DNA from: a virus
Lineage: Duplodnaviria; Caudoviricetes
Length of the DNA stretch: 64,000 nt
IMG/VR virus record: IMGVR_UViG_3300042521_003909
Coordinates: 19,923-83,922 of that record
Strand: one strand, 5' to 3'
A program made the translations under genes and the position numbers. A model generated the notes under the pieces. The model ran no database searches, was not told the DNA's origin, and saw nothing but the letters and a program-made list of their open reading frames with translations. This document shows positions 28,836-38,560 of the stretch, piece after piece (the stretch's first letter is position 1; every line of letters begins with the position of its first letter).

Positions 28836-29588
28836 TTAAATATCTGCCCAATACACGAGCTTTATTTCACCGTCTTCTGTTTCAACCAAGGCACTGAACG
28901 ACTCCACCCAGTCGCCACAGTTGTAGTACGACACGCCGTTGAGATCACGGATCTCTGGCTTATGGATGTGACCGCAGACAACACCGTCGTATCCACGTCT
29001 CTTCGTGTATTCAGAGATGTGGTGCTCAAAATGAAAAATGAAGTTTGTTGCTTGCTTAAAATTCTGCTTTATGAATTTAGAGAACGACCAATTCTTCTTT
29101 CCGAATATCCTTAAAGTCTTGCCAACAAAACGGTTAGATACAACAAGGAAGTCGTATGCGGTGGAACCGAGGGCACTGATCAGCGGGTTGAGGCGGACAG
29201 CAGAGTCAAACAGATCGCCGTGAAGAACAAGAATCTTCTTGCCGTCAAGAGTTGTGTGACACGCTTCACTTTTGAACTGGATGTCGCCCAAAGTAATTTT
29301 GGTAGGAAGCCAAAGACGTAAGAACTCATCATGATTGCCTGGTAGGTACGTGACACGAGAACCCTGCTTAACCTTCTTCAGAATCTTACGCACCGTGGCG
29401 GAATTTGCGTTTGGCCAGTGCCACCTGCTTTTGAGACGCCATCCATCGATGATATCTCCTACAAGATACATGTAGTCGCAGGTAAACGAATCAAGAAATT
29501 CATTTACTTTATGAGGGGAGGCGCAGTCAGCTCCAAGATGTAAGTCGGAGATCCAGACGGCTCTAAAGTGCTTTTTTGATTTTTTCAT
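28836..29588 (-). CDS. plcP: PlcP/LpxH2-like metallophosphoesterase (putative phospholipase C)
   Basis: WISDLHLG, LVGDIIDGWRL..WHWP, PGNHDEFLR, HGDLFD, CGHIH, NCGDWVES. Confidence 0.8.
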   Translation of the reverse strand: MKKSKKHFRAVWISDLHLGADCASPHKVNEFLDSFTCDYMYLVGDIIDGWRLKSRWHWPNANSATVRKILKKVKQGSRVTYLPGNHDEFLRLWLPTKITLGDIQFKSEACHTTLDGKKILVLHGDLFDSAVRLNPLISALGSTAYDFLVVSNRFVGKTLRIFGKKNWSFSKFIKQNFKQATNFIFHFEHHISEYTKRRGYDGVVCGHIHKPEIRDLNGVSYYNCGDWVESFSALVETEDGEIKLVYWADI

Positions 29589-30204
29589 TTGAAATTAGCT
29601 CCTCTGTACGTAGACCAGATCTTCTGGCACCGTTCCACAAGAGGTCTGCCCACAGTGCGCCTGCTTGTATATCGGATGGGAAATGAAGACCACCGTCGAT
29701 CCTGCTTCTACCGACAATGTCCGCCATCTTCATGAAAGTGCTTTCTTTATGCGGAAAGCTCTCACTCAAGGCGTGAGCCAGGATCCTGGCGCATGCCATG
29801 TGACCAGACGGGTATGAAGGCGAGTGGTCGGTCTCGGAAGGAGAAGACTGGAAGTCCATGCCCATGCGCTTCGCTACTTCTTTAGGGCGGGGGCGGTTGT
29901 GGTAGATTTTTTCTTTTAGAACAAGAGTCTCTACGTCTTCAGCGAGTAGCTCCAGAAGCGGCCTGAAGACTGGACCAGAGCCTTCTGGCAATAGACGTAA
30001 GAAGTCATCCACAAAAGAAGTATCAAAAAGTTCAACCATCAGCACCCTTTGGGGGTCTGACTGGGATTCTTTCATCTGACGTATGACCTGAATGAGTTCT
30101 TCAGCACTGTCTGGCGGAGACTGTACGTGAGGTGCTTTTGCCCTTAGGATGATAGTTGGTCGGTTAAGGGCAGCCTGATGTTCTGGAGAGAGTGGATGTG
30201 GCAT
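29563..30204 (-). CDS. PAP2-superfamily acid phosphatase
   Basis: K-x6-RP (KIYHNRPRP), PSYPSGH and SRIDGGLHFPSD motifs; start at MPHPLS. Confidence 0.85.
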   Translation of the reverse strand: MPHPLSPEHQAALNRPTIILRAKAPHVQSPPDSAEELIQVIRQMKESQSDPQRVLMVELFDTSFVDDFLRLLPEGSGPVFRPLLELLAEDVETLVLKEKIYHNRPRPKEVAKRMGMDFQSSPSETDHSPSYPSGHMACARILAHALSESFPHKESTFMKMADIVGRSRIDGGLHFPSDIQAGALWADLLWNGARRSGLRTEELISNEKIKKAL

Positions 30205-30209
30205 AGTAA

Positions 30210-30238
30210 AATGAATTTCTATACGATAGAAATTCATT
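30210..30238. promoter_or_regulatory. Palindromic operator-like site, copy 2
   Basis: AATGAATTTCTAT-ACG-ATAGAAATTCATT, 5 nt upstream of the PAP2 start. Confidence 0.65.
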
Positions 30239-30297
30239 CAAAAGCGATAGAGTTCCTTTAAGAAAGGAACGGATTTTTATTATTTTTCAACTAAAGC

Positions 30298-30693
30298 TCA
30301 GCGCAGTTTCACTGAGGTCGTCTTGCCGGTCAGACGTTCGTAAGCGCTAACATAGGCAATGTTTTCTGTGCCCAAATTAATCCTAAGCTTCTCGTACCAA
30401 ACCTCTACGTCGGGATTAGACATCAAGCCTTCGTACTGATACTGGGAAAGATCCCGAACAATACCCTGACGAGCAGCAATCGCTTCTTCAGCCTTGCTCT
30501 TCAGGCCATCCATAGTGCTGGAGCACCGAATCTCTTCCACAAGATCGGTGTGGTACCGAAACCACGTAATCATGATTTTCTCTTCACGAGATACTTCTGG
30601 CTGCGCACCAGCTCTTACTCCATCTGTCGCACTGCAGCCAAAAAAAGCGGGCAGAAGAAGCAAGCTGGTAAGCACTGAGACGTACTTTTTCAT
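30298..30693 (-). CDS. Putative lipoprotein
   Basis: MKK, hydrophobic stretch, FFGC lipobox-like. Confidence 0.55.
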   Translation of the reverse strand: MKKYVSVLTSLLLLPAFFGCSATDGVRAGAQPEVSREEKIMITWFRYHTDLVEEIRCSSTMDGLKSKAEEAIAARQGIVRDLSQYQYEGLMSNPDVEVWYEKLRINLGTENIAYVSAYERLTGKTTSVKLR

Positions 30694-31080
30694 TTAGGCT
30701 ACCTCAGCCAATTGAGTTTCATCGATCTCGAGCTTAAGCTCTACAAGTAAAGCGCTCGCGTGAAGATTCAGGTAAAGTTCGCTTGCGGTGCGAAAGTCAT
30801 CATCTGACGCTGTCCCTTCCTGAACAAGCATTGCCATGCGGTCCATCGCAACGGCTCCGAGCTTGAGAATTCCCTCAAGTTCGGCAGATGATGTCAGCTC
30901 ATGCACCACGAATGTTGCATAGCTGAAAAAGCCGAGAAGTTTATCACCGTCAATGGTTTCGTCTTCTTCAAGCACTGTCTGGTCTCCATGGCAACTATGG
31001 AGGGACCAAACACCGCACTGCGGCCCCACTTTGCGCACCGACTTACCTCTTAGTAACCCGTTAATCTTCGGACTGACCAA
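30694..31080 (-). CDS. Hypothetical protein
   Basis: Operonic ORF; start uncertain. Confidence 0.45.
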   Translation of the reverse strand: MVSPKINGLLRGKSVRKVGPQCGVWSLHSCHGDQTVLEEDETIDGDKLLGFFSYATFVVHELTSSAELEGILKLGAVAMDRMAMLVQEGTASDDDFRTASELYLNLHASALLVELKLEIDETQLAEVA

Positions 31081-31780
31081 CCAAATCCAGCTTTTTCACA
31101 TTTGGTAGCACTGCGAGGGGAATGGGGTGGAAGGGCCCTTTTTTCATCCAGATGCGCGAATACATATCGAAGTTTTGGCGCCACGCACCACGCGTCGTGT
31201 CACATCTCCATAGTGGCATGGACCATCTCAGACGCACCGCATTCGTCATGAAGCGACCTGTCATCCCATTCAAATTTAAAAAAGGACAAAAGTAAGCTAG
31301 CCAATACTGGGTGTGCCACGCCCAGAGAGCTATCTCCTTTTGGAAGGGGAGGGGGGAGAAGCCTCTATCGAGATAGTCCATGGCCTTGGAATCAAGGGCT
31401 TCAAACTGTGATTTCCATTCCTCAATTGGATCTTCACCTGGTTGAGGTTGGAAGTATACTTTTTTATCTACAATGTGACGACATGCGTGATCTTCAGGAA
31501 GACCTGCTTCTGTCATGCCTAGTTCTTCTGCTGCTCCCTGCTGCAGGATCTCGTGAACTCTGCATGTCGTTGCCCAGAGTGAGACTTTCTCGTCAGATGT
31601 CACAAAGGTCCAGATCTCGTTGCATGCGTTGGTAAGAGCAAGGGCAAGTCTCCGTGGAGCAGGGGTAGTCCTTACCCTCATGAGTTCATTCTCGCTTACG
31701 AGATAGTTGTCTATCTCGGCTGAATTTGCTAGAAAAGATGTCCAATCCGCCATCTGCGGGATATGTATATGACGGGGCAT
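31061..31780 (-). CDS. Degenerate Fic/Doc-like protein
   Basis: VHEIL helix and CPFLNLNGMTGR, compared with canonical HPFxxGNGRxxR. Confidence 0.5.
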   Translation of the reverse strand: MPRHIHIPQMADWTSFLANSAEIDNYLVSENELMRVRTTPAPRRLALALTNACNEIWTFVTSDEKVSLWATTCRVHEILQQGAAEELGMTEAGLPEDHACRHIVDKKVYFQPQPGEDPIEEWKSQFEALDSKAMDYLDRGFSPLPFQKEIALWAWHTQYWLAYFCPFLNLNGMTGRFMTNAVRLRWSMPLWRCDTTRGAWRQNFDMYSRIWMKKGPFHPIPLAVLPNVKKLDLVGQSED

Positions 31781-31919
31781 TCCCCTTTATCGGATTGCTG
31801 TAGTTCTAAAAGTCGGTTTGTGAAGCCTGCTCTTTTTCCCCCTCGGGGGGAGGACTTGGAGAAAAGCGTCAACAGTCGCTTCCACTACCCAAACTTTCGT
31901 GTAATCTACGAGCATCCCC

Positions 31920-32918
31920 ATGAACGAGCACTTCACACTAAGCGACATCCCCTTTGAGACTTTGCCGCCTGAGAGCATTCGTATGCTCTGTGAGGTGGCG
32001 GTTCGCCACATGGGTAGCGCTGCCTCCGCTAAGGACATGAGCAACCTGCCCCTTACCCCTGTTAGGGGCATGGACTACCGTATTCCTGCAACCATGCGGG
32101 CGTGTCAGAGTTACGGGTACGGACACGGAAACGGGGCTTGGCGTGGGCTAGAGGACAACAAAGAGGCTGTCCTTACTCTGCTTAAGGCAGTTATGCAGGA
32201 GAAGCAGAGTCAGCCTCGCACCCATGTCTCGCTGTCCACCAAAGACATCAGCCCGTCTGTTTTTACAAACCCGGATGTTCTGTCTTTTGTCTTGGACAAT
32301 GCTTCTAGTCTTGGCTGTGATCGTGGGGGTCAAAACGGAGTCATCGAATCATCGGTGTGGTCAGCGGTCAAGGTAGAGCAATGGTTGAGCCTCTTTGAGA
32401 CTCATCCTGCCCTTGTGGGCAAGGCTTTTGCAAGCCGTCCTGAACTGATCGGTCGCCTTTTTTCTCATGTTTTTCGTGGCTCCACTTCTGCACCCATAGC
32501 CATGAATATTGCCAAGACAGTCATTGGCTTCATGCACATCTACGACAACGATAGTCCTGCGATGCTCCATCGTTTTTGGGTGGAGAAAGACACTTCCAAT
32601 CACTACAAGGACGAGGATACTTACAGCGAACTTTTCATGCACCTGTGCGTGGTGTGTCGCAAAGATTCGGTCAACATGAAGCGCATTGCCGATGATTTGG
32701 AAAGTCAGAGCGTTGGCGGCAAAAAGACCCGCCGCCGTGATGCAGGGTGGATGACTATCTACCTGAACACCAAGTGGGATCAAGGTGACAAGGAGTTTGT
32801 CATTCGCTGCTGCCGCCTTGTTCCGCCTTTGTTCAACCTGCTTTACAGCACCGCAAAGGTGTCAGGAGAGATGCGTACCCTCAAGCGCATGTATCAGTTG
32901 AGTGGAGACACGGTGTGA
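31920..32918 (+). CDS. Hypothetical helical protein
   Basis: 332-aa ORF behind the 31833 element; PPLFNLLYSTAK near the C-terminus. Confidence 0.65.
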   Translation: MNEHFTLSDIPFETLPPESIRMLCEVAVRHMGSAASAKDMSNLPLTPVRGMDYRIPATMRACQSYGYGHGNGAWRGLEDNKEAVLTLLKAVMQEKQSQPRTHVSLSTKDISPSVFTNPDVLSFVLDNASSLGCDRGGQNGVIESSVWSAVKVEQWLSLFETHPALVGKAFASRPELIGRLFSHVFRGSTSAPIAMNIAKTVIGFMHIYDNDSPAMLHRFWVEKDTSNHYKDEDTYSELFMHLCVVCRKDSVNMKRIADDLESQSVGGKKTRRRDAGWMTIYLNTKWDQGDKEFVIRCCRLVPPLFNLLYSTAKVSGEMRTLKRMYQLSGDTV

Positions 32919-32955
32919 CAAAAGTGTAATCTATCGGAAAACCGCAAGAATAGTC

Positions 32956-32983
32956 TTGCACGATAGCATACATCGGCTATAAT
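32956..32983 (+). promoter_or_regulatory. sigma70-type promoter
   Basis: TTGCAC-16-TATAAT. Confidence 0.5.
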
Positions 32984-33002
32984 CAACAGTTGGGAACTTT
33001 TT

Positions 33003-33947
33003 ATGCCACGAACTTCTATTTCAGTTGAAGGAGTGCTTGGACACCTGAGCCTCAACCGTGAGGTTGAGTTCATGGTCCAAATGCTCGGCTGGAGTGAATC
33101 TCAGATTTTGGGTGCGATCACGACTGCTCACCCGGAACTTTCCAAAGATCAGCAGTCTCTTATTAATCACATTCGTGTCTGCCGTTCACGATACCGTGCA
33201 GATCAGAAAGAGAATGTCGAAGTGGGCGCACTTATTGGTGGCGGAACCGTTACATCCCTTGACAAGATTGCGGACAAGAAGTTGGTCCGCTTTGCATGTG
33301 GCATCGACCACATTGACATGCTTTGGGGATTCTCTGAAGATGGGAAGTCAAAAGGCTTTCCCCGTGGTCAGATCAGTCTGATTGCAGGAAGTCCCGGTGT
33401 GGGCAAGACTCGCGCAATGATTGCAGTTTGCGGAAAGATTACCGCACCGGATTACCGTCCCGCACTCAAGGCACTTTATTGGCAGAACGAGTTTGCACTT
33501 GAACAGTTCAAGACTGTTTCAAAGACGCAAATCAAGTCGGGCGCACGGTTTAGGTGTGGCGACATTCGCTCTCTCAAAGAGCAGTTGAAGGTGGTTGAAA
33601 AAGAAGTTCCTGACCTTGTGGTGGTTGATTCCATCCAAATGCTTGAAGAAGCAAAGAACAAAACAGGAATGGAAAGATGCATCGCTGCGTATAAATCTGC
33701 TGCGGTTGAAAGCAACATTCATGTCGTACTAGTTGGTCAGTTGAATAAAAAGGAACAGGTCGCAGGAAGCAGGGTGTTGGAACATCTTGTTGACTCGGTA
33801 TTTACGGCAGTTCGTGACCGTGAAACAGGAGGATTCGCCATCCGTTGTACGAAAAACAGATGGGGAATGTCAGGCATCCAAGGTTCTTTCAAGCACACAG
33901 AAAAAGGCATTGAGCCTGTCGGTGACATTACTCAAACGGAGGATTAA
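33003..33947 (+). CDS. radA: RadA/Sms-like ATPase lacking the Zn finger and Lon-like domain
   Basis: GSPGVGKT Walker A, VVVDSIQ Walker B, AGSRVLEHLVD, KNRWG (cf. KNRFG). Confidence 0.8.
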   Translation: MPRTSISVEGVLGHLSLNREVEFMVQMLGWSESQILGAITTAHPELSKDQQSLINHIRVCRSRYRADQKENVEVGALIGGGTVTSLDKIADKKLVRFACGIDHIDMLWGFSEDGKSKGFPRGQISLIAGSPGVGKTRAMIAVCGKITAPDYRPALKALYWQNEFALEQFKTVSKTQIKSGARFRCGDIRSLKEQLKVVEKEVPDLVVVDSIQMLEEAKNKTGMERCIAAYKSAAVESNIHVVLVGQLNKKEQVAGSRVLEHLVDSVFTAVRDRETGGFAIRCTKNRWGMSGIQGSFKHTEKGIEPVGDITQTED

Positions 33948-33949
33948 GC

Positions 33950-34228
33950 ATGAACAACGAAACAAGTTTGGTAAACAACAAGCCCACATTTAAGCCCCTT
34001 CCGATGTGGAAGGTGATTGTTCATAACGATGACATCAATACCTATAACCATGTCATTGGGACTTTCATGGAAATCGTGAAAATGGACAAGCAGACTGCCT
34101 ATGTCAAGACTGTTGAGGTCGATAAAGAAGGCTTGTCTATCGTTTCTGTCACTCACAAGGAGCACGCTGAACTTCTGAGAGATCAGTTGCAGTCAAAGGC
34201 TCTGACTGTCACGATTGAGCCTGATTGA
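33950..34228 (+). CDS. clpS: ClpS adaptor
   Basis: WKVIVHNDDINTYNHV..VDKEG..AE..LTVTIEP. Confidence 0.88.
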   Translation: MNNETSLVNNKPTFKPLPMWKVIVHNDDINTYNHVIGTFMEIVKMDKQTAYVKTVEVDKEGLSIVSVTHKEHAELLRDQLQSKALTVTIEPD

Positions 34229-34405
34229 TTACAAAACAAAGCGGTTGTCGTATAATGGCTATTACGCAGGTTTTCCAAACCTGACATGGGAGTTCGATCC
34301 TCCCCTACCGCATTCCTCTTTTTCCCCCTCGCCGGGGAAGTTTGGGGCGTTGGAACTCCAGCGGGGAGAACCATCATCGTTTACTACAGTTCGGAGAAAT
34401 AACAA

Positions 34406-35428
34406 ATGAATCTCGTTGAAAAGATCAAGCGCAACCGTAAGACGGGTGTTCCCACCTTCATCTTTGGTGCGCCCGGTGTTGGTAAGTCGCAGATGGTTCA
34501 TCAGGCTGCTGACGGCGATACGGTCATTGATGTTCGCCTGTCGATGCTTGATCCCGTTGACCTGCGTGGTCTGCCTACGGTTGACAAGAACGCCGATGGC
34601 GAGGCTGTCGTTGAGTGGGCGCGTCCTGAGTTCATCCCGGCTGAAGGCAAGGGCATCATCTTCTTTGATGAGTTGAACACCGCCCCTGCTGCCGTGCAGA
34701 ACGCTGCGCTTCAGATCATCCTTGACCGCAAGTGTGGTCCGCATAAGTTGGGTGACGGTTGGTACATCGTGGCTGCGGGAAACAAGGCTTCCCACAAGGC
34801 GCATGTCAACCCGCTGTCGGCTCCGCTGCGTAACCGCTTTGCCGTGGTTGAGTACGAACCCTCCGTTGAGGCGTGGTCTGCTTGGGCGATGAGCACGGGA
34901 GTTCACGATCATGTCATCGGCTTCCTGAACTTCCGTCCCGGTCTGCTCACGACCGATCCGAAGGACGAGTACGCGAACTTTGCGTCCCCTCGTTCGTGGG
35001 AGCGTGTGTCGAAGTTCCTGCAAGCGGGTCTTGACGAGCAGGAGGACATGGAGCCTCTTGTCGGCAAGGGTGCTGCTGCGGAGTTCAATGCGTACCGTAC
35101 TGAGATTCGGGACATGCCCGACATCGACGCTCTCATTGCGAAGAAGGCTGAGTTCAAGGAGAACCCGAAGAAGATCAGCATTTCCTACGCCGTGTCGATG
35201 GCTCTTGCCTCGCGCCTTTCGCGTGGTGACAAGAAGTTTGTTGGCACGAATGCGGATCGCTGCTGCGAGATTGTGTCGGCTCTGTCCCCGGAGATCGCGT
35301 GTCTTTTCTTTGTCCGTACTCTCACCTCCGATCCTCATGTCAAGACGGCTGTGTGTGAGAGCAAGGCGGCTCACAAGTGGGTGCTCACCCATGAGAAGTT
35401 GCTGACGAAGTACGGGATCAAGAAGTAA
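34406..35428 (+). CDS. MoxR-like AAA+ ATPase
   Basis: GAPGVGKS, DLRGLP, FFDELN, AAGN, LRNRF, SPRSWE. Confidence 0.88.
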   Translation: MNLVEKIKRNRKTGVPTFIFGAPGVGKSQMVHQAADGDTVIDVRLSMLDPVDLRGLPTVDKNADGEAVVEWARPEFIPAEGKGIIFFDELNTAPAAVQNAALQIILDRKCGPHKLGDGWYIVAAGNKASHKAHVNPLSAPLRNRFAVVEYEPSVEAWSAWAMSTGVHDHVIGFLNFRPGLLTTDPKDEYANFASPRSWERVSKFLQAGLDEQEDMEPLVGKGAAAEFNAYRTEIRDMPDIDALIAKKAEFKENPKKISISYAVSMALASRLSRGDKKFVGTNADRCCEIVSALSPEIACLFFVRTLTSDPHVKTAVCESKAAHKWVLTHEKLLTKYGIKK

Positions 35429-35509
35429 TCCCCCCGCAGGAGTCGGGGAGGGCGGTTCGCCGCTCTCCCCTTCTCCAACTTTTTCCCCCTCCCCCGGTGG
35501 AGTTGGAAC

Positions 35510-36766
35510 ATGGCAAAGAAGAAGAACACAACCTCTACGACCGCAACCGTCCCTGCTCCCGCTACGGACAACGCTCAGGATGTCGGACTTACTCCGTCTG
35601 AACTGAACGAACTCCGTGAGCGCATGAAGGGAATCGTGTTTCGCATGTACCGCTTCTTTCCCTTTTGGGGACTGCTTGCGGAGAACTGCAAGGTTTCCAT
35701 CGTGTCCGATAGCGCAGTCTCAACGGCTTGCGTTGACCGATACGGCAACATCCGTTTCGGAGCAAAGTTCTTCAAGGACTTGAGCGAGGATCAGGCGTTG
35801 TTCGTCCTTGCCCATGAGATCGGTCACGCTGCGTTCAGTCACATTGATCGCCGTCAGAGCCGTGATCCGTTCCTGTGGAATGTTGCGATTGACTACGCCA
35901 TCAATCTGCTCCTGAACGACAACTTTGGCGACTCCAAGTATCTCCCGAAGGGTGTGCTCCTTGACAAGAAGTACGCCGGAATGTCTGCGGAGGAGATTTA
36001 CGAGGATGTCATCAAGAACGCCAAAGTCGTGAAGGTCTACACGATGTCGGGCGACTTGGACTACAACGGTCAGGGCGACGAGGAAGGCGATGGCAATGGC
36101 ATCGTGGTTCGTGATCGCCGTGCAGAGAAGAAGCAGAGTGAGCAGGGATGGGATCAGGCAATCGCCTTGTCTCATGCCCGTGCCAAGATGCAGGGCGAGA
36201 TGCCTGAGTCTCTTGACCGTGAAGTGTCTCGCAAGTTGGAGAGCCGTGTTGATTGGCGTGAAGCCCTGAAGCAGTACCTCCGCTTTGGCGTGACTCGCAT
36301 CATGCGCGACCACTACACCTTCATGCCTCCCAATCGGCGGTTTGTCCATCAGGGGCTTTACCTTCCGTCCATGTACGGACATGACGCTCCGAAGATCGGC
36401 TTTGCCGTGGACACCTCCGGTTCGATGGGTGAAGATGAGATGTCTGCCGCAATCGCTGAGATTGACGAGATTCGCAGACAGTTCAACTGCCCTCTTTACC
36501 TTGTGGAATGCGATGCAGATGTTCACGCAGGGCGTTGGCTCACCCCGGAGGAGTCTTGCCCGACTGCCTTCAAGGGCGGCGGCGGTACGGACTTTCGCCC
36601 TGTCTTTGAGCACATCAAGGACGAGAAGGTTCCCGTGGACATCATGGTGTACCTCACCGATGGCTACGGAGAGTTCGGAGATCAGCCTGAAGTGGATGTT
36701 CTGTGGCTGACCACTACGAACCAAAAGCCTCCGTATGGTGAGCACATTCAGGTCAATGTCGGGTAA
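35510..36766 (+). CDS. Metallopeptidase-like + VWA domain protein (DUF2201-like), MoxR partner
   Basis: AHEIGH, WNVAIDYAIN, VDTSGSM (MIDAS), GGGGTDF, TDGYG. Confidence 0.85.
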   Translation: MAKKKNTTSTTATVPAPATDNAQDVGLTPSELNELRERMKGIVFRMYRFFPFWGLLAENCKVSIVSDSAVSTACVDRYGNIRFGAKFFKDLSEDQALFVLAHEIGHAAFSHIDRRQSRDPFLWNVAIDYAINLLLNDNFGDSKYLPKGVLLDKKYAGMSAEEIYEDVIKNAKVVKVYTMSGDLDYNGQGDEEGDGNGIVVRDRRAEKKQSEQGWDQAIALSHARAKMQGEMPESLDREVSRKLESRVDWREALKQYLRFGVTRIMRDHYTFMPPNRRFVHQGLYLPSMYGHDAPKIGFAVDTSGSMGEDEMSAAIAEIDEIRRQFNCPLYLVECDADVHAGRWLTPEESCPTAFKGGGGTDFRPVFEHIKDEKVPVDIMVYLTDGYGEFGDQPEVDVLWLTTTNQKPPYGEHIQVNVG

Positions 36767-36912
36767 CATGGGGGTGAGTGGTGAAAGCCTCTCACCCTCT
36801 TTTTCCCCCTCCACGGGGGAGTTTGGAGAGTCAGCCGGATGTTCCGGTTGACAGTAGCACTTGAGAGCCGCAAACCAAGTCACATGACTTGTATAGGCGG
36901 CAAGGAGAAACG

Positions 36913-37569
36913 ATGGCTAACGCCATTACTAGCAACGCTTCGGTCGCAATCACCAACACGCAGAGCCATGCCCTGATTCGCACCTCGCTCTCTAAGAGCG
37001 GTTCGTGCAAGACGATGAAGGGCAACGCCACGGCTGACACGATCCTTGTGGACAAGTCGCGTGGCAACAACTACACCGTTGATGCTTGCGTTCGTGTTCA
37101 CGGCACGATCAAGGTGGATCATAACGGGACGATGAAGAAGCGTCTTGATCGCTTCAAGTTGTTCGCTCAGGCAATCGTCAATCTCACTCGCAAGGGCGTT
37201 GAGATCAACAAGGCGCTCGTCATGGGCGAGATGGATCGCCTGTGGATGGTTCACAAGGAGAACCGTGACCTGAAGCAGATCGACAGCGAGACTTTCGATT
37301 CCGTTCTCGCTGAACTGTTCGGTCAGGGCTTTTACGACCGCATGTACGCCGCCGTTGACGAGAACGCTGTCAAGGCGGGAGACTTCAGCGTGAGCGACCT
37401 CACCATTGACATCCTCACTTCTCGCGTTGGGGCTGTGGGTGCGGACAACATGGCTGTGTGGGAGGCTCCTGCCTCTGCCTCCCCGGTGTCTGCTATGCAG
37501 CATGTTGCGGGTGGTTCTCCCAACGAGGCTGATACCGTGAAGCGCAAGCCCGTTCGCCGGAAGAAGTGA
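36913..37569 (+). CDS. Hypothetical protein
   Basis: AAGGAG RBS; strong codon bias. Confidence 0.7.
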   Translation: MANAITSNASVAITNTQSHALIRTSLSKSGSCKTMKGNATADTILVDKSRGNNYTVDACVRVHGTIKVDHNGTMKKRLDRFKLFAQAIVNLTRKGVEINKALVMGEMDRLWMVHKENRDLKQIDSETFDSVLAELFGQGFYDRMYAAVDENAVKAGDFSVSDLTIDILTSRVGAVGADNMAVWEAPASASPVSAMQHVAGGSPNEADTVKRKPVRRKK

Positions 37570-37709
37570 CCAATAAAAGGATTGGGGGTTGGGGCTGAAA
37601 AGCCCCTCCCCCGTCCTACGGCTCTTTTTCCCCCTCTGTCTTTAGATTTAGGGGGTCAGGGCAACATAAGAAAAATCAAGAATCTTCTTACATTTGTTAC
37701 TAACATCAC

Positions 37710-37737
37710 TTGACACAAATAAGAAGCGTTCTATGAT
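37710..37737 (+). promoter_or_regulatory. sigma70-type promoter
   Basis: TTGACA-16-TATGAT. Confidence 0.5.
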
Positions 37738-37817
37738 TTGGTCATATTGATCCCAATACTGCCGAGGATCAATCTGATTCTATTCAGTCGGCAGGTTTTC
37801 AAAGGAGCATCTTCAAA

Positions 37818-38540
37818 ATGAAGAGCAACAAGAATGCCGTCATTCCTTTCAACTCGGCAGACATCATCAGCCGTCAGTTGAAGGTGAGTCGCAACGATTT
37901 GGTCGCTGCGGTTCAGTCGGCGCATGTGGAGTTGGTGGCGCAGTTGAACAGCCTCACGCAGTTTGAGCAGCAGTTGGGCATCGCGCCCAACGAGGGCGAG
38001 AACGGTGGCGGCGGTGAAACGAAGCGTGGTCCCGGTCGCCCGAAGGGGTCGAAGAACAAGGGTCCCGGTCGTCCCAAGACGAAGCGTGGTCCCGGTCGCC
38101 CGAAGAAGGCAAAGGGTCCCGGTCGTCCCAAGACGAAGCGTGGTCCCGGTCGCCCGAAGAAGGCAAAGGGTCCCGGTCGCCCGAAGGCGAAGCGTGGTCC
38201 CGGTCGCCCGAAGGGGTCGGGAGTCAAGCGCAAGTCGGTGAAGGGTGGCGCAACCGCCTCTCGCCGTGGTCGTAAGGCGAAGAACCCCAATGGGATGACC
38301 ATGCGTGATGCGGTGAGCAACACTCTCCGCAACTCCACGGGTCCGGTGAAGGCTGCTGCCATTGCCGAAATCCTGAAGGGTCAGGGCTTTACGAGCAAGT
38401 CCCTCAGCACTCAGGTGGCTCAGGAGTTGAGCCGCATGGTGAACGATGGACTCGCTAGCCGCCCGGAGCGTGGCTCGTATGCTTGGTCGGGCGGCAATGC
38501 CGCTCAGGAGCAGACGGCTGAAGTCGCTCAGACCGCCTGA
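37818..38540 (+). CDS. AT-hook-repeat histone-like DNA-binding protein with C-terminal winged helix
   Basis: Seven GPGRPK repeats encoded by 54-bp tandem DNA units; TMRDAV..ELSRMVNDG..RGSY. Confidence 0.8.
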   Translation: MKSNKNAVIPFNSADIISRQLKVSRNDLVAAVQSAHVELVAQLNSLTQFEQQLGIAPNEGENGGGGETKRGPGRPKGSKNKGPGRPKTKRGPGRPKKAKGPGRPKTKRGPGRPKKAKGPGRPKAKRGPGRPKGSGVKRKSVKGGATASRRGRKAKNPNGMTMRDAVSNTLRNSTGPVKAAAIAEILKGQGFTSKSLSTQVAQELSRMVNDGLASRPERGSYAWSGGNAAQEQTAEVAQTA

Positions 38541-38560
38541 GTCTGATTGAAAAAAGTTCC

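Noticed and set aside
28768-30238. lox/dif-like recombination sites excising the PAP2-plcP pair
   Set aside because: Central spacers differ between the copies, no recombinase is nearby, and both copies sit at promoter positions
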